The notes: generated by a model not told the origin, from the sequence alone. DNA of 64,000 bases from a virus (IMGVR_UViG_3300021256_000102:3327-67326); one strand, 5' to 3'. Shown: positions 30,101-40,110, counted from the first letter of the stretch. Numbers and translations: made by a program.

Positions 30101-31609
30101 ACACATCCTTCTTATACTTCTGCTGCATCTGGTTTAAGAAAGTTTACAGTAGACGCTACTGGTCATGTATCTGCTACTGCTGCTGTTGCTAAGACAGATA
30201 TCACAGGTCTTGGTATTCCTGCTCAAGATACTACTTATGCTAACTTTACATCTGCAGCAGCTGGTCTTGTTCCTGCAGCAGCAAGCGGATCAACTAACTA
30301 TGCTACTACTGGTTATGTATTAACTGGAGCAGGCTGGAAAGCTGGTACTAAGTATAATACAGATTCTAATACAACATATGCTGTTGTTACAACTGCTGCT
30401 AATGGATTGATGAGTGCTGCAGATAAGATTAAACTTGAGTCTATTGCTGCATCTGCTAATAATTATACTCATCCTTCTTATACTTCTTATGCTAGTGGTT
30501 TAAGAAAGTTTACAGTAGACGTTACTGGTCATGTATCTGCTACTGCTGCTGTTGCTAAGACAGATATCACAGGTCTTGGTATTCCTGCTCAAGATACTAC
30601 TTATGCTAACTTTACATCTGCAGCAGCTGGTCTTGTTCCTGCTGCTAAGAATGGCACTACTAATTATGCTACTACTGGTTATGTATTAACAGGAGCTGGT
30701 TGGAAAGCTGGTACTAAGTATAATACAGATACCACATATGCTGCTGTAACCACTGCTGCTAACGGTCTTATGATTGCAGCAGATAAAGTTAAAGTAGATT
30801 CTATTAGTGGTATTTATCCTGTTAAGGGTACACAAACTGCTGCAACTGGATCTTGGACTGGAGAGATTGATGCTCCTACTCTCTATGATGGAATGATAAT
30901 TGCATATTATCTTCCATATGCTGGATCTGGTAATGCTACTCTTAATCTTACTTTAAGTAATGGTACTACTACTGGTGATATAAACTGTTATTACCAAGGA
31001 AATACAAGACTTACTACTCAATTTGGAGTAGGAAGTACTATATTATTAACATATTGGTCTGCTGGGGCTATTAGTATTTCTGGAACTGCCACTACTGATA
31101 ATAGATGGACAGCAGATAGCAGTTATAATACTAATACTACTTATGCAGTAGTAACTACTGCTAAAACTGGTTTAGTTCCAATCTTAAGTGGAGTTGCTAC
31201 ACAATATTTAAATGGTACTGGTGAATGGACTATTCCTACTAATACTACATATGCAGCATTTACCTCTGCTGCTGCTGGATTAGTACCTGCTGCTGCTAGT
31301 GGATCTACTAACTATGCTACTTCTGGTTATGTACTTACTGGTGCTGGATGGAAAGCTGGTACGAAGTATAATACAGATACTAATACTACTTATGCTGCAT
31401 TTACCTCTGCTGCTGCTGGATTAGTACCTGCTGCTGCTAGTGGATCTACTAACTATGCTACTTCTGGTTATGTACTTACTGGTGCTGGATGGAAAGCTGG
31501 CACTAAATATAATACAGATACTAATACCACTTATGCAGCTGCTACTACTGCTGCACAAGGACTTACTAAAGCATCTTATGTAGATGGAACAACTCTTTAT
31601 GTATTCTAA
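27119..31609 (+). CDS. Long repetitive tail fibre/adhesin
   Basis: 1496 aa T/A/S/G-rich protein built of recurring modules (NNYxHPSYTS...GIPAQDTTY; FTSAAxGLVPAA...GTKYNTD). Confidence 0.8.
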   Translation: MADNYVKTKRHVLTDDGYKVLSQWSNANSVEMDNGNTVQTEITNLKNTATTAAAGLMSASDKEKLDTVDTSANNYIHPTYTTAANGLYKVAVDSTGHVSSTNTVEKSDITALGIPAQDTTYAAANSSAAGLMTSAMVNKLATIDTSANNYVHPTYTSAASGLRKFTVDATGHVSATAAVAKSDITNLGIPAQDTTYANATTAVAGLLSNEDKTKLDSVAASANNYVHPSYTSAASGLRKFTVDATGHVSATAAVAKSDITNLGIPAQDTTYAAFTSAANGLVPAAKNGTTNYATTGYVLTGNGWRTGTKYNTDTTYAAVTTAANGLMTSADKAKLDNIAEGAQANIITGVKGDAEASYRTGNINLTPANIGAIASSEKGASGGVVPLNASGTIDSTYLPSYVDDVLEFSSKSAFPATGESGKIYVDTSAEENNTYRWSGSTYILIAKNTNTTYTIAKDGTTVTLTGSDGSSTSFAETDTTYANFTSAVAGLVPAAKNGTTNYATTGYVLTGAGWKAGTKYNTDNNTTYAAVTTAANGLMTSDDKIKLDTVEASANNYTHPSYTSYASGLRKFTVDESGHVSATAAVTKSDITALGIPAQDTTYANFTSAADGLVPAAKSGTNNYATSAYVLTGAGWKTGTKYNTDTTYAVASASANGLMSSSNFSKLANIAASANNYTHPSYTSYASGLRKFTVDESGHVSATAAVTKSDITALGIPESDTNTTYANYIGATSTTPGIAGLVPSATTAQRLYFLRGDGTWQLPTNTTYADATTAAHGLMTTAMVSKLASIETSANNYTHPSYTSYASGLRKFTVDTSGHVSATAAVAKTDITGLGIPAQDTTYANATASANGLMTSTMVTKLSNIAENANAYVHPSYTSAASGLYKVSVDGYGHVNGATAVAKSDITGLGIPASDTTYAAFTSAANGLVPAAKNGTTNYATTGYVLTGAGWKAGTKYNTDNNTTYAAVTTAANGLMIADDKIKLDSVAASANNYTHPSYTSAASGLRKFTVDATGHVSATAAVAKTDITGLGIPAQDTTYANFTSAAAGLVPAAASGSTNYATTGYVLTGAGWKAGTKYNTDSNTTYAVVTTAANGLMSAADKIKLESIAASANNYTHPSYTSYASGLRKFTVDVTGHVSATAAVAKTDITGLGIPAQDTTYANFTSAAAGLVPAAKNGTTNYATTGYVLTGAGWKAGTKYNTDTTYAAVTTAANGLMIAADKVKVDSISGIYPVKGTQTAATGSWTGEIDAPTLYDGMIIAYYLPYAGSGNATLNLTLSNGTTTGDINCYYQGNTRLTTQFGVGSTILLTYWSAGAISISGTATTDNRWTADSSYNTNTTYAVVTTAKTGLVPILSGVATQYLNGTGEWTIPTNTTYAAFTSAAAGLVPAAASGSTNYATSGYVLTGAGWKAGTKYNTDTNTTYAAFTSAAAGLVPAAASGSTNYATSGYVLTGAGWKAGTKYNTDTNTTYAAATTAAQGLTKASYVDGTTLYVF
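31245..31526 (+). repeat. Near-perfect 141-nt (47-aa) tandem duplication in fibre gene
   Basis: TTYAAFTSAAAGLVPAAASGSTNYATSGYVLTGAGWKAGTKYNTDTN twice, DNA almost identical. Confidence 0.85.
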
Positions 31610-31643
31610 TAATTTATTTTTATAACATTATTTTTAATAGAAT

Positions 31644-31677
31644 ATATAGGAGAGGAGTTATTCCTCCTCTCCTATAT
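31644..31677 (+). terminator. Terminator hairpin
   Basis: ATATAGGAGAGGAG...CTCCTCTCCTATAT. Confidence 0.85.
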
Positions 31678-31721
31678 TTAAAACTTTAAATTAATAATGT
31701 TATGAAAGGATAGTCAGGTCT

Positions 31722-32255
31722 ATGGGACTCATAACTACAGATAGTCAGTATTATGAAGATATTGCTGATGCTATTAGAGAAGTCAATGGTACTGATGATA
31801 CTTTTACACCTAGTGATATGGCCTTAGCTATTAGAAATCTTGGATCTGTTAAAGGTGTTAAAGGTGATTCTGAAGAAGAATATAGAACCGGTTATGTAAA
31901 TATTACTCCTGCTAATATTGGTGCAATGCCTGCAAATGCAATTCCAGCTTCATCTGAATCTGCAACAAAAGATGCTGATGGAAATGTAATATCTACAACA
32001 TATGAAAAAGTAGTTAATGTAACATCTAAAGGTGATGCTACATTACCAGTATATTTTGATGCCAATGGAGTAGCTATTCCTATTTCTAGTTATGGTGGAA
32101 ATTCTAATACTGCTTCTAAATGGCATACTCCAGTGATGATTAAAGTAGGGAACACATCTAAAGAGGTAGATGGTTCTGCTGCTATAACATATACAAAAGA
32201 TGAAATAGGTTTTATCACTGCTAATGTAGACGGTGAGACCTTAGTACTCAAATAA
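31722..32255 (+). CDS. Short fibre-related protein
   Basis: VKGDSEEEYRTGYVNITPANIGA shared with fibre (VKGDAEASYRTGNINLTPANIGA); late-type promoter 31682-31693. Confidence 0.7.
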   Translation: MGLITTDSQYYEDIADAIREVNGTDDTFTPSDMALAIRNLGSVKGVKGDSEEEYRTGYVNITPANIGAMPANAIPASSESATKDADGNVISTTYEKVVNVTSKGDATLPVYFDANGVAIPISSYGGNSNTASKWHTPVMIKVGNTSKEVDGSAAITYTKDEIGFITANVDGETLVLK

Positions 32256-32308
32256 TTTGTATTTATTTCAACTCCAATATAATGCCTATATTTGGAGGTA
32301 CTATTTTT

Positions 32309-33088
32309 ATGCCTAATTTTAAATATATCGAGATTCCACCTTTTACTAGGAGAGAAGGGGACGCTCTCTTATTTAATCAAGATGGTTATCTTGAATATTA
32401 TATACCAGAAGATTACTTTGGTGATGGTAAATCTACATCTGCAAGTATTCAAGGATCTTACATTGAAATTCTTGGATCTTTCTTATATAGAATTTATTCA
32501 GCCAATGGAACTCCTGGAAAATTGATGACTTTTTCTTTTCCAACTAAGTTTATTTGTAGACCTAGATCTATAGAAAAGAAAAAAGATATTATTCTGGAAG
32601 ATCATTTAGATGCTTCTGATTATAGGATCTTAAGATTTGAGAAAGATGATCAACTTATTACTAGATGTCATGTAGAACAGAATATTGATAATGTATCTGA
32701 ATTATTTAGATTACATATCCAGACAGGTAGAATTCCGAATAATCTTGACTATTCTTCTCTTTATAAATTTCCTTTTGAATGTATGGAATTAAACTCGAAG
32801 GGATATTCTGTTCATGCTCAAGCAATGGGTCTTATCTATTCAAAAATTTGTAGAGATCCAGATGATGTATCTAAGCCTTTTAGATTATCTAAATTAATTA
32901 ATAAACAGATGACTGGATATAAACCTGTTTCTATCAAAGAAGCAGCTAAATATATCTCACCATTCGTTTCACTTACATCTGAGAATTTGGATGAATCTAT
33001 CATGTCTTCTGTGCTTTTATCTGAAGAAGAGAAAACTGGAAAAAGACAGCATAAAGAAAGTCCATTAGAGAGAGTTCTTATGATGTAA
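32309..33088 (+). CDS. Probable RNAP beta' C-terminal fragment (virion RNAP, phiKZ gp176-like)
   Basis: HAQAMGLIYSKICR and YKPVSIKEAAKYISPFVSLTSENLDESIMSSV...ESPLERVL resemble beta' region H; GGAGG SD places start at 32309. Confidence 0.55.
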   Translation: MPNFKYIEIPPFTRREGDALLFNQDGYLEYYIPEDYFGDGKSTSASIQGSYIEILGSFLYRIYSANGTPGKLMTFSFPTKFICRPRSIEKKKDIILEDHLDASDYRILRFEKDDQLITRCHVEQNIDNVSELFRLHIQTGRIPNNLDYSSLYKFPFECMELNSKGYSVHAQAMGLIYSKICRDPDDVSKPFRLSKLINKQMTGYKPVSIKEAAKYISPFVSLTSENLDESIMSSVLLSEEEKTGKRQHKESPLERVLMM

Positions 33089-33120
33089 TTTATATATACT
33101 CTATATAGGGCTTTTTAGCC

Positions 33121-33132
33121 AACATTAGAATA
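33121..33132 (+). promoter_or_regulatory. Late-type promoter for sheath/tube
   Basis: AACAttagaaTA upstream of ATG 33193. Confidence 0.6.
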
Positions 33133-33192
33133 AATTATATATCTGATTTTAAGTTATATAGTTCTTTATAATTATAAAGGAGGATACAGCTT

Positions 33193-35082
33193 ATGTATGC
33201 TGGAACTAAAGTAAATTGGCATGAAGTGCTGATGAGCGATACAGTTACCAATACTAATAACGAATCGCTTCCTCTGTTTCTTTGTGTCTTTTCAGCAGAT
33301 AAGGGTACCGAAGAAATTACTGACTTTACTTATGCTGATTTTAAGCGTATGTATGGCAACAATGCTGATTTCTTTAAACATGGTCAGCCATTAATTCAAG
33401 CACATAAAATTCTTGCAGCTGGTGGTAGAGTTCTTGGTAAGAGACTTGTTGCAGAAGATGCTACTCTTGCTAATCTTATTATTGTTGCAGAAATTATTTC
33501 TGAGAATGTCCAGAAGAAGGATGCTAATGGTAATCCTATTTATCTTGACGAGAATGGAAATGAGACTACTACTGTAACAGAAACTCCTGCTACTGAGAAG
33601 AAGGTTACTGTTAAGTATAGCAGACAGAGTGCTGAGAATGCCAAGACTATTGATCAGGTTGAAGGTGCTGCTGCTGATATTCAGACTGCTACTAAGTTCC
33701 CTCTGTATATTATCTGTGATAATGGTAGAGGTGTTTCTTATAAGAACGTAAGAATTTCTCCTGATTATGATGCATCTAAGACTCTTGACTTTATGCTTTA
33801 TAATATTCAGGATATTGAGGGGACTACTGTTATGGAGTCTCAGAGATTCTCTGCTGATCCTGATGCTATTACTTATATTTCTAATACAAAGAGAAATATG
33901 GGTCTTCAGAGAAGCACTATGACTCAGTTTAATGTAAAGTGTTATTTAGAAGGATTCAATGCATTTATTGAAAAGCTTGCTACTGAAGCTGGATATGTGG
34001 ATGCTGATGGTAATCCTGATTTAGATACTTTATATAATCTTGATGTTTTATTTGCAAAAAATAAAAAGGGTGTTCCTCTGACTACCTTTAGCATTGATAA
34101 CTCTGATACAGATATCTCTGCTACTTATGGTTATACTCTTTCCAATGGTACTAATGGTGCATTTGGTGATGCTCCATTCCCAGGTGAGGCTGCTAGTACT
34201 GAGTGGACTAACCAGGCTGTCTCTTATTTTGGTGGAGATTTCTCTGATGAGATCTATGATCTTGACTATCATAAGATTGACTTCTGTGTAGATGCTAACT
34301 ATCCTGATGATGTAAAGCATAAGATTTGTGAGCTTGCAGATTTCAGAGAAGATTTCTTCTATTTCAGAGATCTTGGTCTTAATATCAATAACCTTTCTGA
34401 TGTTCAGACTAAGGTTAGTGATGTTGCTTGGGAGCATAGTCCATTTGTTGGTGATTATATGACCACCTATGATATCATTGATGATTTCTCCAGAAAGCAG
34501 ATTAGAGTTACTATGCTTCATGGCGTAGCTCCTCTTCTGGTTAATCATTACATGAATAATCCGAATGCTCCTGTTGCAGGTGAGTTTAATAACTTTATTA
34601 TTACTGAAGCTATTGAAAATACCCTTAATCTTATTCCTAGAATTACTCCTAGTATTGATATGAAGACTATCCTTGATGATCTTAGAGTGAACTATGCTAA
34701 CTATTCCTCTGATGATGGAATCGTTTCTGTTCAGTCTACATATACTTCTCAGGATCATTGGGGTCCGCTTAGCTTCTCCTCTAATGTCATTATCACTCAA
34801 ATGTGCATTAAGGATATTAGACGTTACTGCCCGAAGATCAGATTCATGCTTATGGATGGAAATGACTTTACTCAGTACAAGAAGCTGATTCAGGATAATG
34901 TTATTAGCTACTATGAGAAGTACTTTAAGTCTGTAACTCTTATCTATACTAGAGATGATGATATGATTGCTCAGAAGATTTTCAATGCTTCTCTGTATTG
35001 TTATTATAAGGACTTCCCGCAGGGTGAGATCTTTGACGTATTTGCTGTTGAGGGTTCTCCCGAAACGAATCCAGCATATTAA
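33193..35082 (+). CDS. Contractile tail sheath protein
   Basis: 629 aa; FKRMYG...KHGQPLIQAHKILAAGGRVLGKRLV N-terminus, LSNGTNG, FCVDANYP, QSTYT sheath-like segments; precedes tube gene. Confidence 0.85.
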   Translation: MYAGTKVNWHEVLMSDTVTNTNNESLPLFLCVFSADKGTEEITDFTYADFKRMYGNNADFFKHGQPLIQAHKILAAGGRVLGKRLVAEDATLANLIIVAEIISENVQKKDANGNPIYLDENGNETTTVTETPATEKKVTVKYSRQSAENAKTIDQVEGAAADIQTATKFPLYIICDNGRGVSYKNVRISPDYDASKTLDFMLYNIQDIEGTTVMESQRFSADPDAITYISNTKRNMGLQRSTMTQFNVKCYLEGFNAFIEKLATEAGYVDADGNPDLDTLYNLDVLFAKNKKGVPLTTFSIDNSDTDISATYGYTLSNGTNGAFGDAPFPGEAASTEWTNQAVSYFGGDFSDEIYDLDYHKIDFCVDANYPDDVKHKICELADFREDFFYFRDLGLNINNLSDVQTKVSDVAWEHSPFVGDYMTTYDIIDDFSRKQIRVTMLHGVAPLLVNHYMNNPNAPVAGEFNNFIITEAIENTLNLIPRITPSIDMKTILDDLRVNYANYSSDDGIVSVQSTYTSQDHWGPLSFSSNVIITQMCIKDIRRYCPKIRFMLMDGNDFTQYKKLIQDNVISYYEKYFKSVTLIYTRDDDMIAQKIFNASLYCYYKDFPQGEIFDVFAVEGSPETNPAY

Positions 35083-35099
35083 TAAGGAGGAAGTAAAAT

Positions 35100-36056
35100 A
35101 TGGCTGCTGGTCTTAATTATATTAAGATGCCCAGAAATGTATCTGAATACACTCTGATGAAAGGTGTCACTGATTTTTCCAATTTAAAGCAGTTTGATGT
35201 CTTTGAATCAGGATATTCCTTCCTTACTGTTGTTGGTGTTCCTGATTTTATGACTTCATTAGCTTCTCAGAATGCTGCTGTTAAGAACCTTCAAGATGGT
35301 TTTGTTCATATTATGGAAGGTGAATTCAGAGGTCTTTCTGGTATTCCGGATATTACTGCTGATGCTGGTACTATCTCTAATGGTAATAATGAAATGATGA
35401 TTATTAATAACGTAACTATGGATACTTCCATTACTGTTGAAATGACATTCTGGGAGAGATCTGGTTCTCTTATTACTAATTATCTTAACTATTATCTTAC
35501 TGGAATTAAGGATCCTTATTCTAAGGCTAAGACTTATCATGGTCTTGTTGGATCTGGTGTTTATAGCGATCCAGGTCCTCAGTATGAGGTCTTTACATTC
35601 CTGTATTATGTAACTGATAATACTATGAGAAAAGTTGAGAAGGCTTATCTTCTTGCTAATGCTCAGCCTACTATGGCTCCTAACTCTCAGCTTTATAATA
35701 GTACTCGTGGTACTATTGAGTTCCAGGAGATCAATGTTTCCTTTAACTGCTTCCCGATCATTGGTGATCAAATCAATAAGTATGCATCTATGATGCTTCA
35801 AAATGATCTTACTGTTAATACTGGTAATCCTCGTAAGATTATTCTTGATTTCAATGATTATGAGTGGGCAGTTATGCGTGGTGGATATGATAAAGATGGC
35901 AATATTAGAAATGAAGGTATTGTCGAAGATACTGGACTTGTAGGCAATGTCATGAAAGATCCTAATCTTGCTAATATTGTTGCTGAGAAGTACAGTCAGA
36001 ATGTTCCTCTTGGTGGAGCAGTAAACAACAATAGAGGAAGAATAAATACTAGATAA
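35100..36056 (+). CDS. Tail tube protein
   Basis: 318 aa right after sheath; MTFWERSGSLIT...YLTGIKDP, AYLLANAQPT, EFQEINVSFNC tube-like pattern. Confidence 0.8.
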   Translation: MAAGLNYIKMPRNVSEYTLMKGVTDFSNLKQFDVFESGYSFLTVVGVPDFMTSLASQNAAVKNLQDGFVHIMEGEFRGLSGIPDITADAGTISNGNNEMMIINNVTMDTSITVEMTFWERSGSLITNYLNYYLTGIKDPYSKAKTYHGLVGSGVYSDPGPQYEVFTFLYYVTDNTMRKVEKAYLLANAQPTMAPNSQLYNSTRGTIEFQEINVSFNCFPIIGDQINKYASMMLQNDLTVNTGNPRKIILDFNDYEWAVMRGGYDKDGNIRNEGIVEDTGLVGNVMKDPNLANIVAEKYSQNVPLGGAVNNNRGRINTR

Positions 36057-36093
36057 AAAATAAATAATTAAAAAATAAGATTATAAGAATTTA

Positions 36094-36119
36094 CCCCAGT
36101 AGGATAAAACCTACTGGGG
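36094..36119. terminator. Bidirectional terminator
   Basis: CCCCAGTAGG...CCTACTGGGG between convergent units; arms nearly identical to 19509 hairpin. Confidence 0.85.
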
Positions 36120-36126
36120 ATTTTAA

Positions 36127-36411
36127 TTAATAAACATTCATGTTAATGATTGTTAAAACTTTATCCTCTGTTGGAAGGATAAATTCATCTTTCCAATTAT
36201 TAATAGATCTAAATTCACCTGCATCAAAAATATCCCAAAGAGTATCTTTAGAAATACAGTATTTTTCAAGCTGATAATATATAGATCTTTTCCATTCATT
36301 TACTGTAAGCCAATCCATATAATCTATATACTTAAACATTGGATATTCTGCTAAAAACTGATTAAGCTTCTTTAAAGCATACATATGCTTTTTACTATCT
36401 TTTATTTGCAT
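36127..36411 (-). CDS. Hypothetical protein
   Basis: 94 aa ORF with GAGGA SD. Confidence 0.7.
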   Translation of the reverse strand: MQIKDSKKHMYALKKLNQFLAEYPMFKYIDYMDWLTVNEWKRSIYYQLEKYCISKDTLWDIFDAGEFRSINNWKDEFILPTEDKVLTIINMNVY

Positions 36412-36441
36412 AAGTTCCTCTTTTCTTACTGAACTAAAACT

Positions 36442-36882
36442 TTATCTTCTTATTGTTGCTACCCACTTTACGCAGGCATCTAGAAACTTTTCTACAACAG
36501 GAATCTCATATTCATCCATACTATCATAAACTAATGGATTAAGATCAGGAAGTTCACAAGTATCATCCTTTTTCAAGTAATAATCACTAAAACATCTAAA
36601 ATATTTTTTGTGTTGCATTAAACATAAGGCAAGCTGGCCTCTAAGTAATTCTCGATCATACTGCTTATTATTTCTACAATAAGATTCCATGAATAATACC
36701 GGAGATGCTCCATTATCTCCAATACCTTCTTCTGTACCAGATACCTGGAATCTGTAGCCTCTAAATGGGGTTACATATCCAGTTATTTTTTCTTTTCCAT
36801 TCTCATCCTTTAATACTACTGTGCACATCGGAAAGTTGCCATCTTTCATAGTAAAATTCTTAAGCTCTATAATATACTTCAT
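36442..36882 (-). CDS. Hypothetical protein
   Basis: 146 aa ORF with AAGGAG SD. Confidence 0.75.
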   Translation of the reverse strand: MKYIIELKNFTMKDGNFPMCTVVLKDENGKEKITGYVTPFRGYRFQVSGTEEGIGDNGASPVLFMESYCRNNKQYDRELLRGQLALCLMQHKKYFRCFSDYYLKKDDTCELPDLNPLVYDSMDEYEIPVVEKFLDACVKWVATIRR

Positions 36883-36899
36883 AATATCTTCTCCTTTTA

Positions 36900-37433
36900 T
36901 TAAATTTCAAAGTTATTTCTTTTTGGAATAATTTTATCTATATTCCAGATTGCAATCGAATCACAATCATATGCATAAAATAAATAAGAATTATGAAATT
37001 CATGATAATTACTACTATAATAAATTTCCATTCCATCAAATTCATTGTAGATTCTATTAAAATCAATCTCAAAATTAGAATCTATATTCCTTAAACTAAA
37101 ATCATGATTTCTTAATTCCTCATCTGTTGGAATATTTCCATTTTTATCAATCAGATAAGGAAATATATCACAAATCTCTTTAATTATTAAAATATTGGTT
37201 CCACTCTTCAACCTAAATTTAAAATATAATTGAAGAGAACTAATTCTCCAATTCTCAGCTTCTAAATAATCTCTCCAACTCCAATCTGAATATACTGGAG
37301 ATGCCCATAATACTCCATTAGGTTTATGGGTTACTGGATCAGACCAAACAGTTCTTTTTTCTGGTATTAAAATTGAACTTCCATAATGAATATAAAGTTT
37401 TCTGTTTTTATTCTTCTTCATTATTTCCTCCAA
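36900..37433 (-). CDS. Hypothetical protein (YIHYG...LWASP...W motif)
   Basis: 177 aa ORF; LYIHYG, KPNGVLWASP, YAYDCDSIAIWN. Confidence 0.75.
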   Translation of the reverse strand: MEEIMKKNKNRKLYIHYGSSILIPEKRTVWSDPVTHKPNGVLWASPVYSDWSWRDYLEAENWRISSLQLYFKFRLKSGTNILIIKEICDIFPYLIDKNGNIPTDEELRNHDFSLRNIDSNFEIDFNRIYNEFDGMEIYYSSNYHEFHNSYLFYAYDCDSIAIWNIDKIIPKRNNFEI

Positions 37434-37608
37434 TCTGTTTTGTCATGTCAATAAGCTCATCATAATCTTCTTTCTCGATTCTGTATTTCTTATTATTGTG
37501 GATAATAAAGATACAGCCACAATCAAACATGATATCGATAATACCAACAGTATCAAGATTAATTACAAGAACTCCAAGATGTGTTCTAATGCTAATAATA
37601 TTATTCAT
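37408..37608 (-). CDS. Small hypothetical protein
   Basis: 66 aa, AAGGAGG SD. Confidence 0.7.
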   Translation of the reverse strand: MNNIISIRTHLGVLVINLDTVGIIDIMFDCGCIFIIHNNKKYRIEKEDYDELIDMTKQIGGNNEEE

Positions 37609-37688
37609 ATTTACCTCCTTAATATAAGTATTATCCTTTATTTCACTTTTATATTTACTAATTGAAAATATTAACTTTTAAAAAATAT

Positions 37689-37712
37689 AGGGTAGGAATT
37701 TCTTCCTACCCT
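37689..37712 (-). terminator. Terminator after portal gene
   Basis: AGGGTAGGAA...TTCCTACCCT. Confidence 0.8.
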
Positions 37713-37718
37713 TTTATA

Positions 37719-40040
37719 TTATTCAAACTCATCTTCACCTTTAGATTTTTGTATGCTATTATCCAAAGCAATTTGATCTTTAATCTTTTCAATTTCTTCA
37801 TCACTCATATAAGAAGGAATTAATTTTCTAATTAATCTCTTTTTAAATAAAGCTTTACCTTCATCACTCTGTCCAGCCATCTCAACTTCTGTAATAGAAT
37901 CAGCATATTGTACAGCACTATTAAGAAGCTGAGTTCCTTGAGTCATACTTAAGAATGCAGGAGGTGGTAACTGAACTTCAAGAGTAATATTTTCATCATA
38001 TTCAAATCTATAAATCTTAGTAAAGATTTCAGATAAGAAATCTTCCATTTTAAGTTGTCTTTTTAATACATTTCTAAGTAATTTAGCATTAGTCATTGTA
38101 TATCTAACAGCAAAGTCCATACCTGTAGAACTATTTACTATCTCTAATGGAACCCCTGTACTATTTACAGCAGATTCTTCAAGATTAGCTTGTAAATCTG
38201 TTGGAAATTCAAACTGTTGTCCAGGCATAGTATCAAATACAATAGGAGCATCACCAGAAGGTCCCATAGGAATTACAAAATCATTAAATCTACCAACAAT
38301 ACCTAATATATTATTAACAGATTCCATCTGTCTAATACCAAAGTTGCCTTTCTTAATAGTAGTAATTACATTAAGTAAGGATTGTGCAGTATTAGTATCA
38401 AGAGACTGCTTTACATAATATACTCTTCTATCAAATCCTCTGGTAGCCCATCCTAAAACAGAAGTTAATGTTAATGTAATCCATTGTTTTGCAGGTACTA
38501 AAGCATCCCAAAGATCTGATATTCCTCTATGAGTATCTGGGTCTTCTCTAAATTTTAAATGATGAATATCATCAGAAGGAACAAATACTACATCCATATC
38601 TATAGTATGAGAAACTTGATTATATTTATCATTAAATCTAAGAATCTTATAAATTTCTTCTTTAAGATCTGTATTGGAATTAATAAATGCAGCATCAATC
38701 TTCTGTGAAATCTTTCCTGCTAAAGTTCTAAGAAGTAAATTCTTTTGATTTTCTACATCTTCATTATTATTTACTTGAGTAGCTACTTGACCATTATTAA
38801 ACATTCCAGTTATAGAATTATATCCTCTAATATTACCAGTAGCATTTATATCAATATCCTCAAACTGATTAAATCTAATATAATATGCTCCAAACATTGT
38901 ATCTTCAATATAAATAGGAATAATTCTATCATGCTTAATAGTTCTTAATACAGCACCATTAACTTTAACTTTAGTATTAGGCTTATTATTAGAATTCATT
39001 AATCCATCTGCTGCAGATTTATCATCATCTTCCCAATCTAATTCATCATCAATAGTTTTATCTAATTTTACCATAGTATGAGTTTTATCAGATTTTTCAA
39101 AATGATCTTCAAATTTATCATTTGTTTCATGCACTACAAAAGATTCAGATAATCCTTTAAGAAGATCATTGCCGGCAGCTTTTTGTAAATAAAGATTATT
39201 TTCTACTGCTTCTTTTAATACTTTAGATTTATCAAAATTAATTTTGATTATAGGCTCATTATTATCCCCAGCTTCCATAGTAACAGTTACTGGAAGTTTC
39301 TTTAATTCTTTATTAAACTCTTTTTTTGTAACAGATTCTGTAATAGAATAAGATGTACTTTGTTTTCTTCTTAATAACTGCTCTAATGCAGTAGAATAAG
39401 GAACACAATATACAAATTCTTCACCATATTTAGAAGTATCTTCATACCAAGTTTCTGCTTTATTAGAGAGATCATATTTTTTAATCATTTCTGCAATATT
39501 ATTTTGAATAGCAGCATTTCTATCGGATTGAGGATTCTCTCCTTTCGCATGAACTTCAAGAAATTCTTTAGTATAAGAATCTGAACATAATACTGCATCT
39601 CTCTTAATATCAAGAGCAGCTTGAAGTTTAGTCATATATTTACAAATAAGATCAAACTCATTATCTAATTCAGTAATCCATTTAGTTTTAGAATAGGATT
39701 CCATCATAGAAGCTATTAGATCAGAAGATTGAAAAAGAGATGAGATATCATCATCTCCACCTTTTCCAAAAGCTTTATCTAATTTAGCTTGTGCTGAATT
39801 AGAAGAGGTTGTATTTTTTAAAAGCTTTCTAAAAAGTTTGGATGTATTAGAAATATTTTTAAATTCTTCATCTTGCTGAGTAGATTTTCTAATAGCATCA
39901 TCTAATTTATCTGTAACCTGAGTTTTAAATTCCTCAGAATTGTCATTTGAATAATATGTATTATTATATAAATCATTTACTCTCTGTCTGAGTAAATCAA
40001 GAGATTTATCTATTTTTCTCTGATTTGCATTATCAGCCAT
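37719..40040 (-). CDS. Portal protein
   Basis: 773 aa; SKYGEEFVY, RGFDRRVYYV, FNDFVIPMGPSGDAPIVFDTMPGQ, LEESAVNSTGVP pattern of T4 gp20/phiKZ-like portals; late-type promoter 40070-40081. Confidence 0.75.
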   Translation of the reverse strand: MADNANQRKIDKSLDLLRQRVNDLYNNTYYSNDNSEEFKTQVTDKLDDAIRKSTQQDEEFKNISNTSKLFRKLLKNTTSSNSAQAKLDKAFGKGGDDDISSLFQSSDLIASMMESYSKTKWITELDNEFDLICKYMTKLQAALDIKRDAVLCSDSYTKEFLEVHAKGENPQSDRNAAIQNNIAEMIKKYDLSNKAETWYEDTSKYGEEFVYCVPYSTALEQLLRRKQSTSYSITESVTKKEFNKELKKLPVTVTMEAGDNNEPIIKINFDKSKVLKEAVENNLYLQKAAGNDLLKGLSESFVVHETNDKFEDHFEKSDKTHTMVKLDKTIDDELDWEDDDKSAADGLMNSNNKPNTKVKVNGAVLRTIKHDRIIPIYIEDTMFGAYYIRFNQFEDIDINATGNIRGYNSITGMFNNGQVATQVNNNEDVENQKNLLLRTLAGKISQKIDAAFINSNTDLKEEIYKILRFNDKYNQVSHTIDMDVVFVPSDDIHHLKFREDPDTHRGISDLWDALVPAKQWITLTLTSVLGWATRGFDRRVYYVKQSLDTNTAQSLLNVITTIKKGNFGIRQMESVNNILGIVGRFNDFVIPMGPSGDAPIVFDTMPGQQFEFPTDLQANLEESAVNSTGVPLEIVNSSTGMDFAVRYTMTNAKLLRNVLKRQLKMEDFLSEIFTKIYRFEYDENITLEVQLPPPAFLSMTQGTQLLNSAVQYADSITEVEMAGQSDEGKALFKKRLIRKLIPSYMSDEEIEKIKDQIALDNSIQKSKGEDEFE

Positions 40041-40110
40041 AAGTATTAATCTCCTTATATAGATTAGATTATAGTGATGTTTTCGGAGTGATGAAATAGC
40101 AAAAAAAAAA

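Noticed and set aside
27330-31530. Possible CRISPR array or DGR suggested by DNA repeats
   Set aside because: Repeats are in-frame protein modules without unique spacers; no cas or reverse transcriptase gene and no adenine-specific variation pattern.
34048-34800. 250-aa minus-strand ORF (also 35259..35801 and 23201..23791)
   Set aside because: Antisense shadows of strongly codon-biased sheath, tube and Ala/Thr-rich genes; Ile/Ser/Asn-rich, no SD.
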